Part shown: positions 10,442-20,406 of the stretch, piece by piece
Numbering within the stretch: the first letter of the stretch is position 1
Layout of the letters: each line of letters starts with the position of its first letter
NCBI RefSeq assembly: GCF_001677475.2
Contig: NZ_CP012497.1
DNA: 64,000 nucleotides
Source of the DNA: Escherichia coli
Lineage (GTDB): Bacteria; Pseudomonadota; Gammaproteobacteria; Enterobacterales; Enterobacteriaceae
Reading direction: 5' to 3' (one strand)
Position numbers and translations under genes: made by a program
Notes under the pieces: generated by a model
Told to the model about the DNA's origin: nothing
What the model saw: only the letters and a program-made list of their open reading frames with translations
Databases searched by the model: none

Positions 10442-11908
10442 ATGAATGACGTTACAGTTGTCACATCGGTTACTTCCCCATCACCCGAGTCGTTGGCTCT
10501 GGTGGCTGATGTGCAATACCACGAACCATATCTGTCAGCCGCGCTAAACCGAAAATTCAGGGGGATTGTTGACCCGGGATTTTATGCCGGTTTCTTACCT
10601 AAGCCTGGCGGTGGGATGAACCTGTTAATCACCTCAGTGGATGGTGATAAAACCGCAGGCGCGGCGTCGGTGGATATTGGTGAATTCTACCAGGTAACTA
10701 TTCAGCACCGTAAGGATATTTCTCTTGCACTTAGTGCAGGCAAGAAATATGCAATTGTGCTGAAGGGAAGATACCTCCTTGGAGAGGATACCTATCAGGT
10801 TAATACCGCGTCACATATTCATGCGGCTGAATTTGTTGCCAGAACCTATACCGATTCATATCAGTTAGGAGATGGGGAGCTGCTTGTTTGTACGGTGAAT
10901 ATCCCTGCTGGCGTATCAGCCATTACCCAGGAGATGATTGATACATCCGAGCGTATTAACCGCACGATCGGCATTGATATTTCAGACTCTGTAACCAGTA
11001 GTAGAAGTGATGTTGCTGCAAGTTCGCTGGCAGTTAAAAAAGCCTACGATCTGGCAAAAAGCAAGTATACGGCGCAGGATGCAAGCACAACGCAAAAGGG
11101 ATTAGTTCAGCTCAGTAGCGAAACTAACAGCGACAGCGAAACAATGGCGGCGACCCCTAAAGCCGTTAAGTCTGTAAAGGATCTGGCTGATACCAAAGCG
11201 CCAATAGAAAGCCCGAGTCTGACAGGAACGCCAACCGCGCCGACGGCAGCGCAAGGTACAAACAGCACGCAGATCGCAAATACAGCCTTTGTTAAGGCAG
11301 CTATAACTGCACTTATCAACGGTGCGCCTGGCACACTGGATACGCTGAAAGAAATAGCGGCTGCGATCAATAACGACCCGAATTTCAGCACAACTATCAA
11401 CAATGCCCTGGCTCTCAAAGCGCCTTTGGCAAGCCCTGCATTAACGGGTGTCCCTACTGCGCCGACCGCCGCACAGGGCACAAATAATACGCAGATTGCT
11501 ACGACCGCTTATGTAAGAGCTGCCATATCCGCACTGGTTGGTTCATCACCAGAAGCTCTTGATACCCTGAATGAGCTTGCCGCAGCACTTGGCAATGACC
11601 CGAACTTTGCGACAACAATGACAAATGCGCTGGCAGGCAAACAGCCTCTGGATGCAACTTTAACCGCTCTCGCGGCCCTTGCGACTGGTGCAAACAAACT
11701 GCCTTATTTTACTGGTAAGGATACGGTAGCTCAGACTGATTTAACGTCAGTCGGTCGCGATATTCTGGCTAAAACAAGCACACTGGCCGTTATCCAATAC
11801 CTTGGTTTAAGAGAACTCGGTACCAGCGGTGAAAAGATCCCCCTGTTGAGTACGGCTAACACATGGAGTGCGCGCCAGACTTTCAACGGCGGGATCACCG
11901 GGCGCTGA
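10442..11908 (+). CDS. S: Tail fibre S, constant part plus start of inverted repeat; ends at an apparent frameshift
   Basis: Repeated fibre motifs (SPSLTGTPTAPTAAQGTNSTQIANTAFV / SPALTGVPTAPTAAQGTNNTQIATTAYV); in-frame stop at 11906-11908 is created by a 1-nt difference from the right-hand repeat copy. Confidence 0.75.
   Translation: MNDVTVVTSVTSPSPESLALVADVQYHEPYLSAALNRKFRGIVDPGFYAGFLPKPGGGMNLLITSVDGDKTAGAASVDIGEFYQVTIQHRKDISLALSAGKKYAIVLKGRYLLGEDTYQVNTASHIHAAEFVARTYTDSYQLGDGELLVCTVNIPAGVSAITQEMIDTSERINRTIGIDISDSVTSSRSDVAASSLAVKKAYDLAKSKYTAQDASTTQKGLVQLSSETNSDSETMAATPKAVKSVKDLADTKAPIESPSLTGTPTAPTAAQGTNSTQIANTAFVKAAITALINGAPGTLDTLKEIAAAINNDPNFSTTINNALALKAPLASPALTGVPTAPTAAQGTNNTQIATTAYVRAAISALVGSSPEALDTLNELAAALGNDPNFATTMTNALAGKQPLDATLTALAALATGANKLPYFTGKDTVAQTDLTSVGRDILAKTSTLAVIQYLGLRELGTSGEKIPLLSTANTWSARQTFNGGITGR
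11790..11815. other. cixL-like recombination site (TTATCCAATACC TT GGTTTAAGAGAA)
   Basis: 26-bp site resembling hix/gix/cix crossover sites, at the outer edge of the left inverted repeat. Confidence 0.6.
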
Positions 11909-12416
11909 CAGGGAACGCCGACACCGCGACGAAATTAAAAACAGCCATAAATATTAATGGCGTCAGGTTCGATGGTTCTACGACATTTCGATACCAACAA
12001 TTACGTCTAGAGGACGCGTTACTGCGCTTACCGGTACAACGCAAGGTGCTGCTACTGGATTGCAGATGTATGAGGCATACAACAATGGTTATCCGACGAC
12101 TTACGGGAATGTACTTCACCTGAAGGGAGCTGCATCAACTGGTGAAGGCGAGTTGCTCATTGGCTGGAGTGGCACAAATGGCGCTCATGCACCTGCTTTC
12201 ATTCGATCCAAAAGAGATAGCACTGCTGCGGCATGGTCCGAATGGGCACAGATCTATACGTCAAAAGACTCCGTTCCCGGCGTTAATGCCAAAGGGAATC
12301 AGGACACCTCTGGTAATGCGGCTACAGCGACCAAATTGCAGACAGCACGTACTATTAACGGTGTCTCGTTTGATGGTTCTAAAAACATTGAGCTAACGGC
12401 GGAAGATTTAAATCTT
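11816..12416. repeat. Left inverted repeat of C-segment (coding, imperfect)
   Basis: Reverse-complement match to 15485-16083; outer about 180 bp nearly identical, inner part diverged. Confidence 0.65.
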
Positions 12417-13025
12417 GAGCAAACCGTAGAATTAGCCGTAGGAGCATTACAGAAAAACCAGAACGGCGCGGATATTCCAGGAAAAGATACCTTCACCAAA
12501 AATATTGGTGCATGTCGCGCTTTTCACAGTGCTATTAGTACAGGGGCAGGTAACTGGACAACAGCACAATTGATTGAATGGCTGGATTCTCAAGGGGCAT
12601 TCAATCACCCATACTGGATGTGCAAATGTTCATGGTCATACGGCAATAATAAAATTATTACCGATACTGGCTGTGGAACTATTCATCTTGCAGGTTGCGT
12701 TATTGAGGTTATGGGTAATAAAGGTGCCATGACCATCCGTGTAACAACACCAAGCACTTCCAGCGGTGGCGGAACTACTAATGCACAATTTACTTATATA
12801 AACCACGGTGGAGATTATGCGCCAGGCTGGCGGCGTGACTACAACACGAAAAATCAGCAACCTGCATTTGCTTTAGGGCAAACAGGAAGCACTGTCGGAA
12901 ATGATAAAGCTGTTGGCTGGAACTGGAATAGCGGGGTCTATAACGCAATCATTGGTGGCGCATCGACATTAATCCTCCACTTCAATATGAATACGGGAGC
13001 TGCCCTGCTGTACAGTTCCGCGTGA
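12060..13025 (+). CDS. Tail-fibre variable part Sv (frame-shifted relative to the constant part)
   Basis: Encodes ...[25 protein letters not shown]...[52 protein letters not shown] then a unique C-terminus. Confidence 0.6.
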   Translation: MQMYEAYNNGYPTTYGNVLHLKGAASTGEGELLIGWSGTNGAHAPAFIRSKRDSTAAAWSEWAQIYTSKDSVPGVNAKGNQDTSGNAATATKLQTARTINGVSFDGSKNIELTAEDLNLEQTVELAVGALQKNQNGADIPGKDTFTKNIGACRAFHSAISTGAGNWTTAQLIEWLDSQGAFNHPYWMCKCSWSYGNNKIITDTGCGTIHLAGCVIEVMGNKGAMTIRVTTPSTSSGGGTTNAQFTYINHGGDYAPGWRRDYNTKNQQPAFALGQTGSTVGNDKAVGWNWNSGVYNAIIGGASTLILHFNMNTGAALLYSSA

Positions 13026-13360
13026 ATTACAGGAACGGTGGTATTTTTTATCGTTCAGCGCGTGATGGTTACGGATTCGAAGCTGACTGGTCAGAATTTT
13101 ACACCACAACACGCAAGCCATCAGCAGGAGATGTTGGTGCATATACGCAGGCAGAATGTAACTCAAGGTTTATTACAGGTATTCGCCTTGGCGGTCTGTC
13201 ATCTGTTCAGACATGGAATGGTCCCGGCTGGTCTGACAGGTCAGGTTATGTCGTTACGGGTTCAGTTAACGGAAACCGTGATGAATTAATTGATACAACT
13301 CAGGCAAGGCCAATTCAGTATTGCATTAATGGAACGTGGTATAACGCGGGGAGTATTTAA
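13022..13360 (+). CDS. Tail-fibre distal tip segment (separate frame; probably the frameshifted end of S)
   Basis: 112 aa ending ...[12 protein letters not shown]; homologous to the minus-strand 14454-14966 product ending ...[11 protein letters not shown]. Confidence 0.4.
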   Translation: MNYRNGGIFYRSARDGYGFEADWSEFYTTTRKPSAGDVGAYTQAECNSRFITGIRLGGLSSVQTWNGPGWSDRSGYVVTGSVNGNRDELIDTTQARPIQYCINGTWYNAGSI

Positions 13361-13362
13361 TT

Positions 13363-13896
13363 ATGATGCACTTAAAAAATATTACTGCTGGCAACCCTAA
13401 AACAAAAGAGCAATACCAGCTAACGAAACAATTTAACATCAAATGGCTTTATACAGAGGATGGGAAAAACTGGTATGAGGAACAAAAGAACTTTCAGCCT
13501 GATACGTTGAAAATGGTCTATGACCACAACAACGTTATTATTTGTATTGAAAAGGATGTTTCAGCAATTAATCCAGAAGGCGCAAGCGTCGTTGAGGTTC
13601 CTGATATTACAGCAAATCGCCGGGCTGATATTTCGGGTAAATGGATGTTCAAAGATGGCGTAGTGATAAAGCGAACTTATACCGAGGAGGAACAGAGGCA
13701 GCAGGCAGAGAATGAAAAGCAAAGCCTGTTGCAACTTGTCAGGGATAAAACCCAGCTATGGGACTCACAGCTACGGCTGGGCATCCTTTCCGACGAGAAT
13801 AAACAAAAATTAACCGAGTGGATGCTCTATGCGCAGAAAGTCGAATCTACAGACACCTCCAGCCTGCCAGTAACATTTCCCGAACAACCTGAATGA
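13363..13896 (+). CDS. U: Tail-fibre assembly chaperone U
   Basis: 177 aa, [20 protein letters not shown]...[16 protein letters not shown], Tfa/U family; paralogue of the inverted copy. Confidence 0.75.
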   Translation: MMHLKNITAGNPKTKEQYQLTKQFNIKWLYTEDGKNWYEEQKNFQPDTLKMVYDHNNVIICIEKDVSAINPEGASVVEVPDITANRRADISGKWMFKDGVVIKRTYTEEEQRQQAENEKQSLLQLVRDKTQLWDSQLRLGILSDENKQKLTEWMLYAQKVESTDTSSLPVTFPEQPE

Positions 13897-13924
13897 GACA
13901 AGGCCCGATAGCGGGCCTTAATTT

Positions 13925-14452
13925 TTATTCAGGCTTTTGTGGCCATTCAGGATTTGCCGTATCCACACGGCTGACCAGAACACTGTAGCGTTCCCATGCT
14001 TCCAGTCGTGTGCGTTCCTCGTCTGTTGCCATATTCAGCCTGACAGCGCGTTCCAGCGGCTGAATGACTGATTCAGCTTCGGAAAGCAATGCGGCCTTTT
14101 GTGATTCGGCTTGTTGTTGCTGTTCGTCTGCCGTATAAATCCGTTTAACTACAGCTCCATCCTTAAACATCCACTTTCCTGAATCATCAGCGCGGCGGTT
14201 GGCTGTTATATCGGGAACCTCAACGACGCTAAAACCTTCAGGGTTAAGCGTGGAGGCATCTTTAGTGATGGCGACAATAATATTATTTGCATCGTAAACA
14301 ATCTTTATTGTGTCTGGCTGAAAGTTTTTCACTTCCTCATACCAGTTTTTTCCGTCCTCAGAGTAAAGCCAGATAACTCCGTGTTTCTTTGTTAACTCAT
14401 ACTGTTCCAGTGTTTTAGCGTTACCCGCTTTTATGTTCTTTAAGTGCATCAT
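13925..14452 (-). CDS. Tail-fibre assembly chaperone U' (alternative orientation)
   Basis: 175 aa, [20 protein letters not shown]...; mirror arrangement to U. Confidence 0.75.
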   Translation of the reverse strand: MMHLKNIKAGNAKTLEQYELTKKHGVIWLYSEDGKNWYEEVKNFQPDTIKIVYDANNIIVAITKDASTLNPEGFSVVEVPDITANRRADDSGKWMFKDGAVVKRIYTADEQQQQAESQKAALLSEAESVIQPLERAVRLNMATDEERTRLEAWERYSVLVSRVDTANPEWPQKPE

Positions 14453-14453
14453 A

Positions 14454-14966
14454 TTAAACGCTCGCTACATTATACCAGGTGCCATTTATATACTTTTGAA
14501 CGGGTCTGTAATAAACGCCAGCTATATTATCGGCAGAGTTGGACCCTGTATCCTGAACATTAATACCAGACAATACATGACCTGACGGGCACTGGAAATT
14601 CCATGTTTGCCAGTTGTTCACTCCATAATATTGCTGTGAACCAAGTCGAACATCTTTCACATATCTGGAATCAAAATTGCCATAGTTGCCGGGAATAACT
14701 TGCGCACCGCAAAGCCAGTTTCCGTTATTATCCATGTACGCCTGACCATCGGTGCCATTGGCTGTCCTTGAATTATTAATCATGTAAAAACCAAACTGGT
14801 AGTTACCAAGTCCACCGACAAAAAATTTGCGTTCTGCATGGTCTTGTCTTAACAAAGCCTGCGCAGAACTTGTTGATACTGCGTTTCTACCAAAAATGAC
14901 ATTCTGGTTTCGCATATCAATCCATGAGGTTGAGCCACTATTAATAGCAAACCTGTTTGCATACAC
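14454..14966 (-). CDS. Alternative tail-fibre distal tip segment
   Basis: 170 aa ending ...[12 protein letters not shown]; the frame stays open upstream to about 15040. Confidence 0.5.
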   Translation of the reverse strand: MYANRFAINSGSTSWIDMRNQNVIFGRNAVSTSSAQALLRQDHAERKFFVGGLGNYQFGFYMINNSRTANGTDGQAYMDNNGNWLCGAQVIPGNYGNFDSRYVKDVRLGSQQYYGVNNWQTWNFQCPSGHVLSGINVQDTGSNSADNIAGVYYRPVQKYINGTWYNVASV

Positions 14967-14980
14967 CCAGGCGTTAGTTG

Positions 14981-15790
14981 TTATATCTCCTGTAACATCC
15001 AGACCATGCCCATGCTTATCCGACCAGTTCTGAGATTAAGCGTAAAGGGGCGTAGTGGCCCTATATCACCATTTTCTCCCTCATTCTCTCGTGTAGGGAT
15101 GATATGCAGGCATTCTTCAGAGCGACGAAAAATAGCACCAAAAGATGAATTAAATATCCTCAGTGCATTGACTGTCGATATTTTTACTTCACTGCTGAAA
15201 AGGGCTTTAACAAGGACAGACAAAGCATCCCATTTAAGATTCATCAGGTCTTTTGTTGTGGTGCTCTGGCGGCTTCTCCATTTGAAATATTCATTTCCGT
15301 TGTCGCCTGTTTCAAACCACATGTATGAATCAGTATCGCTGTCGGCATCATTTTTAAATCCAATCTTTGCCCAGTCAGTATTTCGAATCCAGGCAAGGAT
15401 TGAGTCATTTTCAAAAGTAAGCCCGCCGGACAAGATATCGCCTGAACGCTGAACGGCATTATTTGCTTTATTAATGAATTCCTGTAGATTTAAATCTTCC
15501 GCCGTTAACTCAATGTTTTTAGAACCATCAAACGAGACACCGTTAATAGTACATGCTGTCTGCAATTTAGTCGCTGTAGCCGCATTACCAGAGGTGTCCT
15601 GATTCCCTTTGGCATTAACGCCGGGAACGGAATCTTTTGACGTATAGACCTGCGCCCATTCAGACCAGTTAGCAGAATCAGTATCCCGCCGCGAACGGAT
15701 ATGTACGGGCGCATGGTCACCACTCGTGCCACTCCAGCCAATGAATAACTCACCTTCGCCAGCAGCGGTGGCACCTTTAAGGTGAAGCAC
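14981..15790 (-). CDS. Alternative tail-fibre variable part Sv'
   Basis: Shares ...HLKGATAAGEGELFIGWSGT...[29 protein letters not shown] with Sv, then diverges; the C-terminal 60 aa look out of frame. Confidence 0.6.
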   Translation of the reverse strand: MLHLKGATAAGEGELFIGWSGTSGDHAPVHIRSRRDTDSANWSEWAQVYTSKDSVPGVNAKGNQDTSGNAATATKLQTACTINGVSFDGSKNIELTAEDLNLQEFINKANNAVQRSGDILSGGLTFENDSILAWIRNTDWAKIGFKNDADSDTDSYMWFETGDNGNEYFKWRSRQSTTTKDLMNLKWDALSVLVKALFSSEVKISTVNALRIFNSSFGAIFRRSEECLHIIPTRENEGENGDIGPLRPFTLNLRTGRISMGMVWMLQEI

Positions 15791-16083
15791 ATTGCCATAG
15801 GGGGAAGGGTAGCCATTGTTGTATGCCTCATACAGCTGAATCCCGGATGTCCCCTGTGCATTCGCCCCAGAGCCGTTACGCGACCACGCGATACCATAGT
15901 ATTGATATTAATGTCACCAGAACCATCGAACCTGACGCCATTAATGTTTCTGGCTGTTTTCAATTTCGTTGCGGTATCGGCGTTCCCTGTCAGCGCTCCG
16001 GTGATCCCGCCGTTGAAAGTCTGGCGCGCACTCCATGTGTTAGCCGTGCTCAACAGGGGGATCTTTTCACCGCTGGTACCGAG
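15485..16083. repeat. Right inverted repeat of C-segment
   Basis: Reverse-complement match to 11816-12416. Confidence 0.65.
15505..16053 (-). pseudogene. S segment encoded in the right inverted repeat, in a different frame from Sv'
   Basis: Begins [44 protein letters not shown], same as the end of the S constant region; after ...RVTALG the fibre reading ([20 protein letters not shown]) continues only in another frame. Confidence 0.4.
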
Positions 16084-16111
16084 TTCTCTTAAACCAAGGT
16101 TTAGGATTGAA
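16084..16111. other. cixR-like recombination site
   Basis: TTCTCTTAAACCAAGGTTTAGGATTGAA; its inner half is the reverse complement of the inner half of the left site. Confidence 0.55.
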
Positions 16112-16661
16112 ATGATGACGCAGGAAACTTTTTATAAAGCGTGGAAACAGCAACATCATAGATGATTGCAACCTGCTTACGGGGGATGCCATTCTCCAGC
16201 AATCGACGCATTTGCTGCCATGTTTCTTCTTGGTATTTAGGCCGACGGCCTCCTATTCGACCTTCTGCGCGAGCTGCATCAAGTCCAGCGCGTGTACGTT
16301 CAACGATAAGCTCGCGTTCCATTTCAGCCAGCGCCCCCATTACGTGAAAGAAAAAACGCCCCATTGGTGTACTGGTGTCGATAGAGTCAGTGAGACTCCG
16401 GAAATTAATTCCTCTGTCACGCAGCTCTTCCACCAGCACAACCAAGTGACGCATGCTGCGCCCAAGACGATCTAACTTCCATACGACCAGGGTGTCACCT
16501 CTGGAAAGCATACGCAAAACCTTTTTTAGCCCAGGGCGTTCAGTCTTTTTGCCGCTCGCCTTATCCTCAAAAATTAGCTCACATCCTGCGCTTTCAAGGG
16601 CATTTCGTTGCAAAGCAGTGTTTTGTTCATTTGTTGATACGCGTACATAGCCGATCAGCAT
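16101..16661 (-). CDS. cin: Cin/Pin/Gin-family serine DNA invertase
   Basis: 186 aa, MLIGYVRVSTNEQNTALQRNA...LVVWKLDRLGRSMRHLVVLVEELRDRGINFRSLTDSIDTSTPMGRFFFHVMGALAEMERELIVERT; near-identical over long stretches to Pin/Cin. Confidence 0.9.
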   Translation of the reverse strand: MLIGYVRVSTNEQNTALQRNALESAGCELIFEDKASGKKTERPGLKKVLRMLSRGDTLVVWKLDRLGRSMRHLVVLVEELRDRGINFRSLTDSIDTSTPMGRFFFHVMGALAEMERELIVERTRAGLDAARAEGRIGGRRPKYQEETWQQMRRLLENGIPRKQVAIIYDVAVSTLYKKFPASSFQS

Positions 16662-16782
16662 GATTTTTACTCTAATGCGTTGTTCTTATGAGTCTGCGAA
16701 TTTTAAAGAACAAAGCGTTATGCACAGAAATAACAATCTGAATAGGTTCCTGCTTGATTTTTGTTAGATCCGGGAGGAGCTT

Positions 16783-17067
16783 ATGCAGATTTTGATTTTT
16801 TTAATGTCCATTATTAGTGGAACCTATTTATTTCTTACTGGAGTTAGGCGTGGAGCTTATAAGCCATGTTTTTTACATTGGCTTGAAGCATGGCTGCTTG
16901 CCATAAAAGGTGGTTTTGTTGGTTTTTGTCTTGCAGAAGTTCAGTGGGGAAACTCATTTTTGAATGTGGTTGCTTTTTTGATATGTAGTTGGAATAGCCA
17001 TTTTGTATTAAGAATAACCAAAATATGGGTTTTTCACTTGATTTACGAATGTATTGGCAAATTATGA
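16783..17067 (+). CDS. Hypothetical small hydrophobic protein
   Basis: 94-aa ORF with hydrophobic segments in the AT-rich region between cin and lydA; coding status uncertain. Confidence 0.2.
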   Translation: MQILIFLMSIISGTYLFLTGVRRGAYKPCFLHWLEAWLLAIKGGFVGFCLAEVQWGNSFLNVVAFLICSWNSHFVLRITKIWVFHLIYECIGKL

Positions 17068-17127
17068 ACAACCAGATGAGAAGTTACTTTGCATACCATT
17101 ACCTCCTGACAACGTAGGAGGGAACTT

Positions 17128-17457
17128 GTGCTTGACACACAGGAATTAGCTCCAGTTGCTATTGCGCTCCTGCTTTCAGTAATTGGTGGGATAGGCACGT
17201 TCCTGATGGATGTCCGAGACGGTCGCCAGTCTGGCAATTTGTTGGGATTGGTTACGGAGATCTTTGTTGCAGTGACAGCTGGCGCGGTGGCGTACCTATT
17301 GGGGCAACACGAGGGCTGGGAGTTATCAATTACGTACTTAATGGTAACGATAGCCAGCAATAACGGTCATGAGGTGATTTCAGGGATGAAACGAGTGAAT
17401 ATCGATAGCATTCTGAATGTTCTTACAAGTTTGGTGAAAAAGGGAGGCGGGAAATGA
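17128..17457 (+). CDS. lydA: Holin LydA-like
   Basis: 109 aa with hydrophobic transmembrane segments; first gene of the operon after cin. Confidence 0.55.
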   Translation: MLDTQELAPVAIALLLSVIGGIGTFLMDVRDGRQSGNLLGLVTEIFVAVTAGAVAYLLGQHEGWELSITYLMVTIASNNGHEVISGMKRVNIDSILNVLTSLVKKGGGK

Positions 17458-17897
17458 TTGGCTGGGGTGTATGCGTTCTTGCGTTAGCCTTAGCCGATCG
17501 CTATTTGCTAAAACGCAAGGACATCACGCATTTAGAACTTGGTGATGTGGAAATTAAACCGGGTTTCATCCGGGTGCCGTTCAAATACCGGTCTAAATTC
17601 CCGTTTTTGCGCGGCGCAACGGTCAGATATTGGATCCGCGATGTTCAGAAGCCGACGACAGTGATTGAAGGCGAACAACGTTGTCTGACGTCAGCTGAAC
17701 AGGGCGAAAACAGTGAATGGTTGTACATACCCACTGAATATATGGGTAAAGGAGAGCGACTGTGGCATTTCAACGTCATGGTTACGCATGGCGACTCGTT
17801 CATTAACCCGTTGTATCGGATTTTCCCTGTTACTCAGCAAATCCGCAGAAGTTACGTAATAAATCTCGCACAGGATGTGTCAGATGACGAAAAATAA
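17454..17897 (+). CDS. lydB: LydB-like (antiholin position)
   Basis: 147 aa, N-terminal transmembrane segment, 4-bp overlap with lydA. Confidence 0.45.
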   Translation: MIGWGVCVLALALADRYLLKRKDITHLELGDVEIKPGFIRVPFKYRSKFPFLRGATVRYWIRDVQKPTTVIEGEQRCLTSAEQGENSEWLYIPTEYMGKGERLWHFNVMVTHGDSFINPLYRIFPVTQQIRRSYVINLAQDVSDDEK

Positions 17898-18486
17898 GTA
17901 TGCAACGGTCGATTTTGACCAGGTTAATGAAAAGGGGCTGAAATCCCTTATCGCGGCGATCAATAAAACCGGTGTTACGGTAATTGAGGTTGACTCCAGC
18001 AACCGCGCAACAACGAAAGATGGCGTTAAAGTTAAAACCGCAAAGCTGGTTCTTAACGACGGACAAATTCTTGCCATACAGGTAAACGATACTGGCGATA
18101 TATCGTCTGTGAAACTGAATGGAAAAGCTATTCCTAACGCTCAGTCGCCGGATATCAAGACGCTTGGTACCGTCATGGGACAGGCGGCCCGCAAAAACTC
18201 CGCAAAATTCCAGAAATCACTGATCGCCAAAGCGAAGCGTGTTGCCAATCCGGTAGACAAGAAACCGGCAGTTAAATCCAACTTTCAGCGCCTGCAAGAA
18301 GCAAAACAGCGGAATGCTCAGGTGGTTGCCGCTTATAAGTCCGCGCAGAATTCGGTGTCTTTCAATCAACAGCAGATCACTGATTTGCGGGCGAAGCTGG
18401 ATAAGGAGACGGGCCGACTCAATAACGAAAAGGCACGGAATGGCGAACTCAAACGTCGTCTTAAGCAACTGAAAGCAGGAAATTAA
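17875..18486 (+). CDS. hdf: Hdf-like (homologue of DarA fragment)
   Basis: 203 aa; shares the KNSAKFQ-containing segment with the next gene product; position matches P1 hdf. Confidence 0.5.
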   Translation: MCQMTKNKYATVDFDQVNEKGLKSLIAAINKTGVTVIEVDSSNRATTKDGVKVKTAKLVLNDGQILAIQVNDTGDISSVKLNGKAIPNAQSPDIKTLGTVMGQAARKNSAKFQKSLIAKAKRVANPVDKKPAVKSNFQRLQEAKQRNAQVVAAYKSAQNSVSFNQQQITDLRAKLDKETGRLNNEKARNGELKRRLKQLKAGN

Positions 18487-18487
18487 C

Positions 18488-20101
18488 ATGGAACAGTTAA
18501 ATATCAATAAAGGGGTGACGATCAAGCCTGGGCTTGACGTGCTTCCCCCGCCAGTGACTGATGATGAATATCGCGCATTAATGGCCGGTGAGGACCGCTA
18601 TCTGATGACGGAATCCAACACCCTGGAGGAAATCGAGGCTACGTTCTTCTATGACACGCCGATCCACTGGTGTGCTACGGATTTACTGGAGGCGATTAGT
18701 TCTACTCGTTTGCAGTTACACCGGACCATGCAGGCATTTGTCCGGGCATTGAACCAGAAGCTGAATGGTACCGGAATCTCTGCGGGGAGTGATAAAACGG
18801 GGGAGGTGGCCCAGAGCGGCGCGCGCGCGATCGGCGGTGCTGAAATTGGCCGGGCACGTAACGTTAACGGGCTGCCGGTCCTGCCAGCCATTATTCCGCT
18901 CAGTGATGGTCAGACTATCAGCATTCTGTTTCATAGCCCGACAGCGGAAAACCGGATCACCAATAGCGATACGCTGGTTGCTTTCCAGTTCTTACTGAAT
19001 AAAAAAGACGTTACTCACACCGTTGCTCCGATGAGTGGACGTGATATGACGCTGGCGCAGGTCACCATGAAACTTGCCAACCTTGCAGAGAAAAACTCGG
19101 CAAAATTCCAGCGTGCGCAGAAGAAGAAAAAAGCCCTGGTTGATGAAATAACCCAACTACAGGCTGACAGTGACCAGAAAGAGGATGCCATGAGCGACCT
19201 CGCGGATCAGGTGGCAGCGGTAGAAGGGCAGAAGGTAGATCTGGAGCAGAAAATTAACGCTGTTGCATCGGAAGCGGATTCTCTTTATGAAGAGAATGAG
19301 CGTTTGCAGACGGAGATTGATCAGCTCAATCGCACAGGTGGGCGCGATACCATTGATCCAGCGGGGATGACTGGTGGGCACTCGCGCGCGCTGACGGATC
19401 GCCTTGCCAGTATCAAAAATCGTATGCATATGAACGGGGAAGTGACGCTCAGTAATGGAGCATCAATGAAGCAATTCATTGAGGACGGCGAAGGGTATAT
19501 CCAGTTAACCGATTCGGATGGCAGCGTGTACATGATCAAGGCTAAATCCATACAGGGTGTGGACATGGCAGATGCGATCGGCAAGCTGTTTAAAGCCTAT
19601 AAAGCGGGTAATGTATCGGAATACCTGGTCCAACCAGAAGAACATAAACCGGAAAACGTCGAACCTGAACCAGCGGAGGATACCGGTAGCTCTTCGCCTG
19701 AACCAGAAGTCTCTGTAGGTGCATATCGATATGCCCTGCAAATGCGTCCGGCGGCCCCTGGCGCAATACCTGAAGGTAACAAAGCAATTCTGCCGCGCCC
19801 TGATGAAGGTGACCCGTATTATGAATATGCACGCTACGGCATTGCTACTTACGATACCCCGCTTTCTGATCAGCAAATGAGTGAGTACGACCTGAAGTTA
19901 TTGCCTCGCGAGGATTCTTTCGACTTCCTGGCGAAGACACTTACTAATGGTCCGTTTGGCAAATATGCACAAAAAGCTCTGGAGCTGGCCACCAGCTCAC
20001 CAGACGAGTTCCGCGTAATGCTGAAAACTCAGTTTCAAAAAACTTTCCCCAATATTGCGTTTCCGGGGGCGCTGGCACCGAGAAAATGGTGCAGAGCATG
20101 A
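18488..20101 (+). CDS. darA: DarA-like antirestriction protein
   Basis: 537 aa; segment LANLAEKNSAKFQRAQKKKKAL is paralogous to Hdf; coiled-coil region. Confidence 0.5.
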   Translation: MEQLNINKGVTIKPGLDVLPPPVTDDEYRALMAGEDRYLMTESNTLEEIEATFFYDTPIHWCATDLLEAISSTRLQLHRTMQAFVRALNQKLNGTGISAGSDKTGEVAQSGARAIGGAEIGRARNVNGLPVLPAIIPLSDGQTISILFHSPTAENRITNSDTLVAFQFLLNKKDVTHTVAPMSGRDMTLAQVTMKLANLAEKNSAKFQRAQKKKKALVDEITQLQADSDQKEDAMSDLADQVAAVEGQKVDLEQKINAVASEADSLYEENERLQTEIDQLNRTGGRDTIDPAGMTGGHSRALTDRLASIKNRMHMNGEVTLSNGASMKQFIEDGEGYIQLTDSDGSVYMIKAKSIQGVDMADAIGKLFKAYKAGNVSEYLVQPEEHKPENVEPEPAEDTGSSSPEPEVSVGAYRYALQMRPAAPGAIPEGNKAILPRPDEGDPYYEYARYGIATYDTPLSDQQMSEYDLKLLPREDSFDFLAKTLTNGPFGKYAQKALELATSSPDEFRVMLKTQFQKTFPNIAFPGALAPRKWCRA

Positions 20102-20406
20102 TCAATGCATTGCAGGCCGAAGTCGGTGAGATTACTCAGCCAGAACCTGCCCCGGCACAGCCTGATGAAACGGTTAGCGAAGCAGATGCAGAGGCTAATA
20201 AAGCCATTGAATATCTCAATAACGTGATGGATATGCAAAGCACTGACATGGCGGAGATCCGTAACGCCCGGGGTAATGTCCGGGAAGCGATTGCAGCCCT
20301 TCAGGCTGCCGGGCGTTTTGAGGAAAACGAAGAGCTGGTTAATGGCGCTGCTCGCCACCTGGCTGATCTGCTGGTAGCAATCCAGAAAGCGGGGGTAGCG
20401 GCATGA
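20086..20406 (+). CDS. Small acidic protein (ddrA region)
   Basis: 106 aa ORF overlapping the darA-like stop. Confidence 0.3.
   Translation: MVQSMINALQAEVGEITQPEPAPAQPDETVSEADAEANKAIEYLNNVMDMQSTDMAEIRNARGNVREAIAALQAAGRFEENEELVNGAARHLADLLVAIQKAGVAA

Larger units (their letters stand above)
11790..16111. other. Invertible C-segment (about 4.3 kb) carrying alternative tail-fibre C-termini and assembly chaperones
   Basis: Bounded by cix-like sites, about 0.62-kb inverted repeats, and an adjacent Cin-family invertase. Confidence 0.7.

Noticed and set aside
11863-12123. ORF 11863-12123 as an independent gene
   Set aside because: It is the middle frame segment of the frameshifted S tail-fibre gene, not a separate gene.
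15006-16092. Plus-strand ORFs 15006-15452, 15782-16165 and 15823-16092 inside the C-segment
   Set aside because: They overlap minus-strand fibre coding sequence and the right inverted repeat and have no fibre-like or other recognisable sequence.
16783-17067. ORF 16783-17067 as a confident holin
   Set aside because: Hydrophobic but lies in AT-rich promoter-like DNA upstream of lydA with no clear RBS; kept only as a low-confidence feature.
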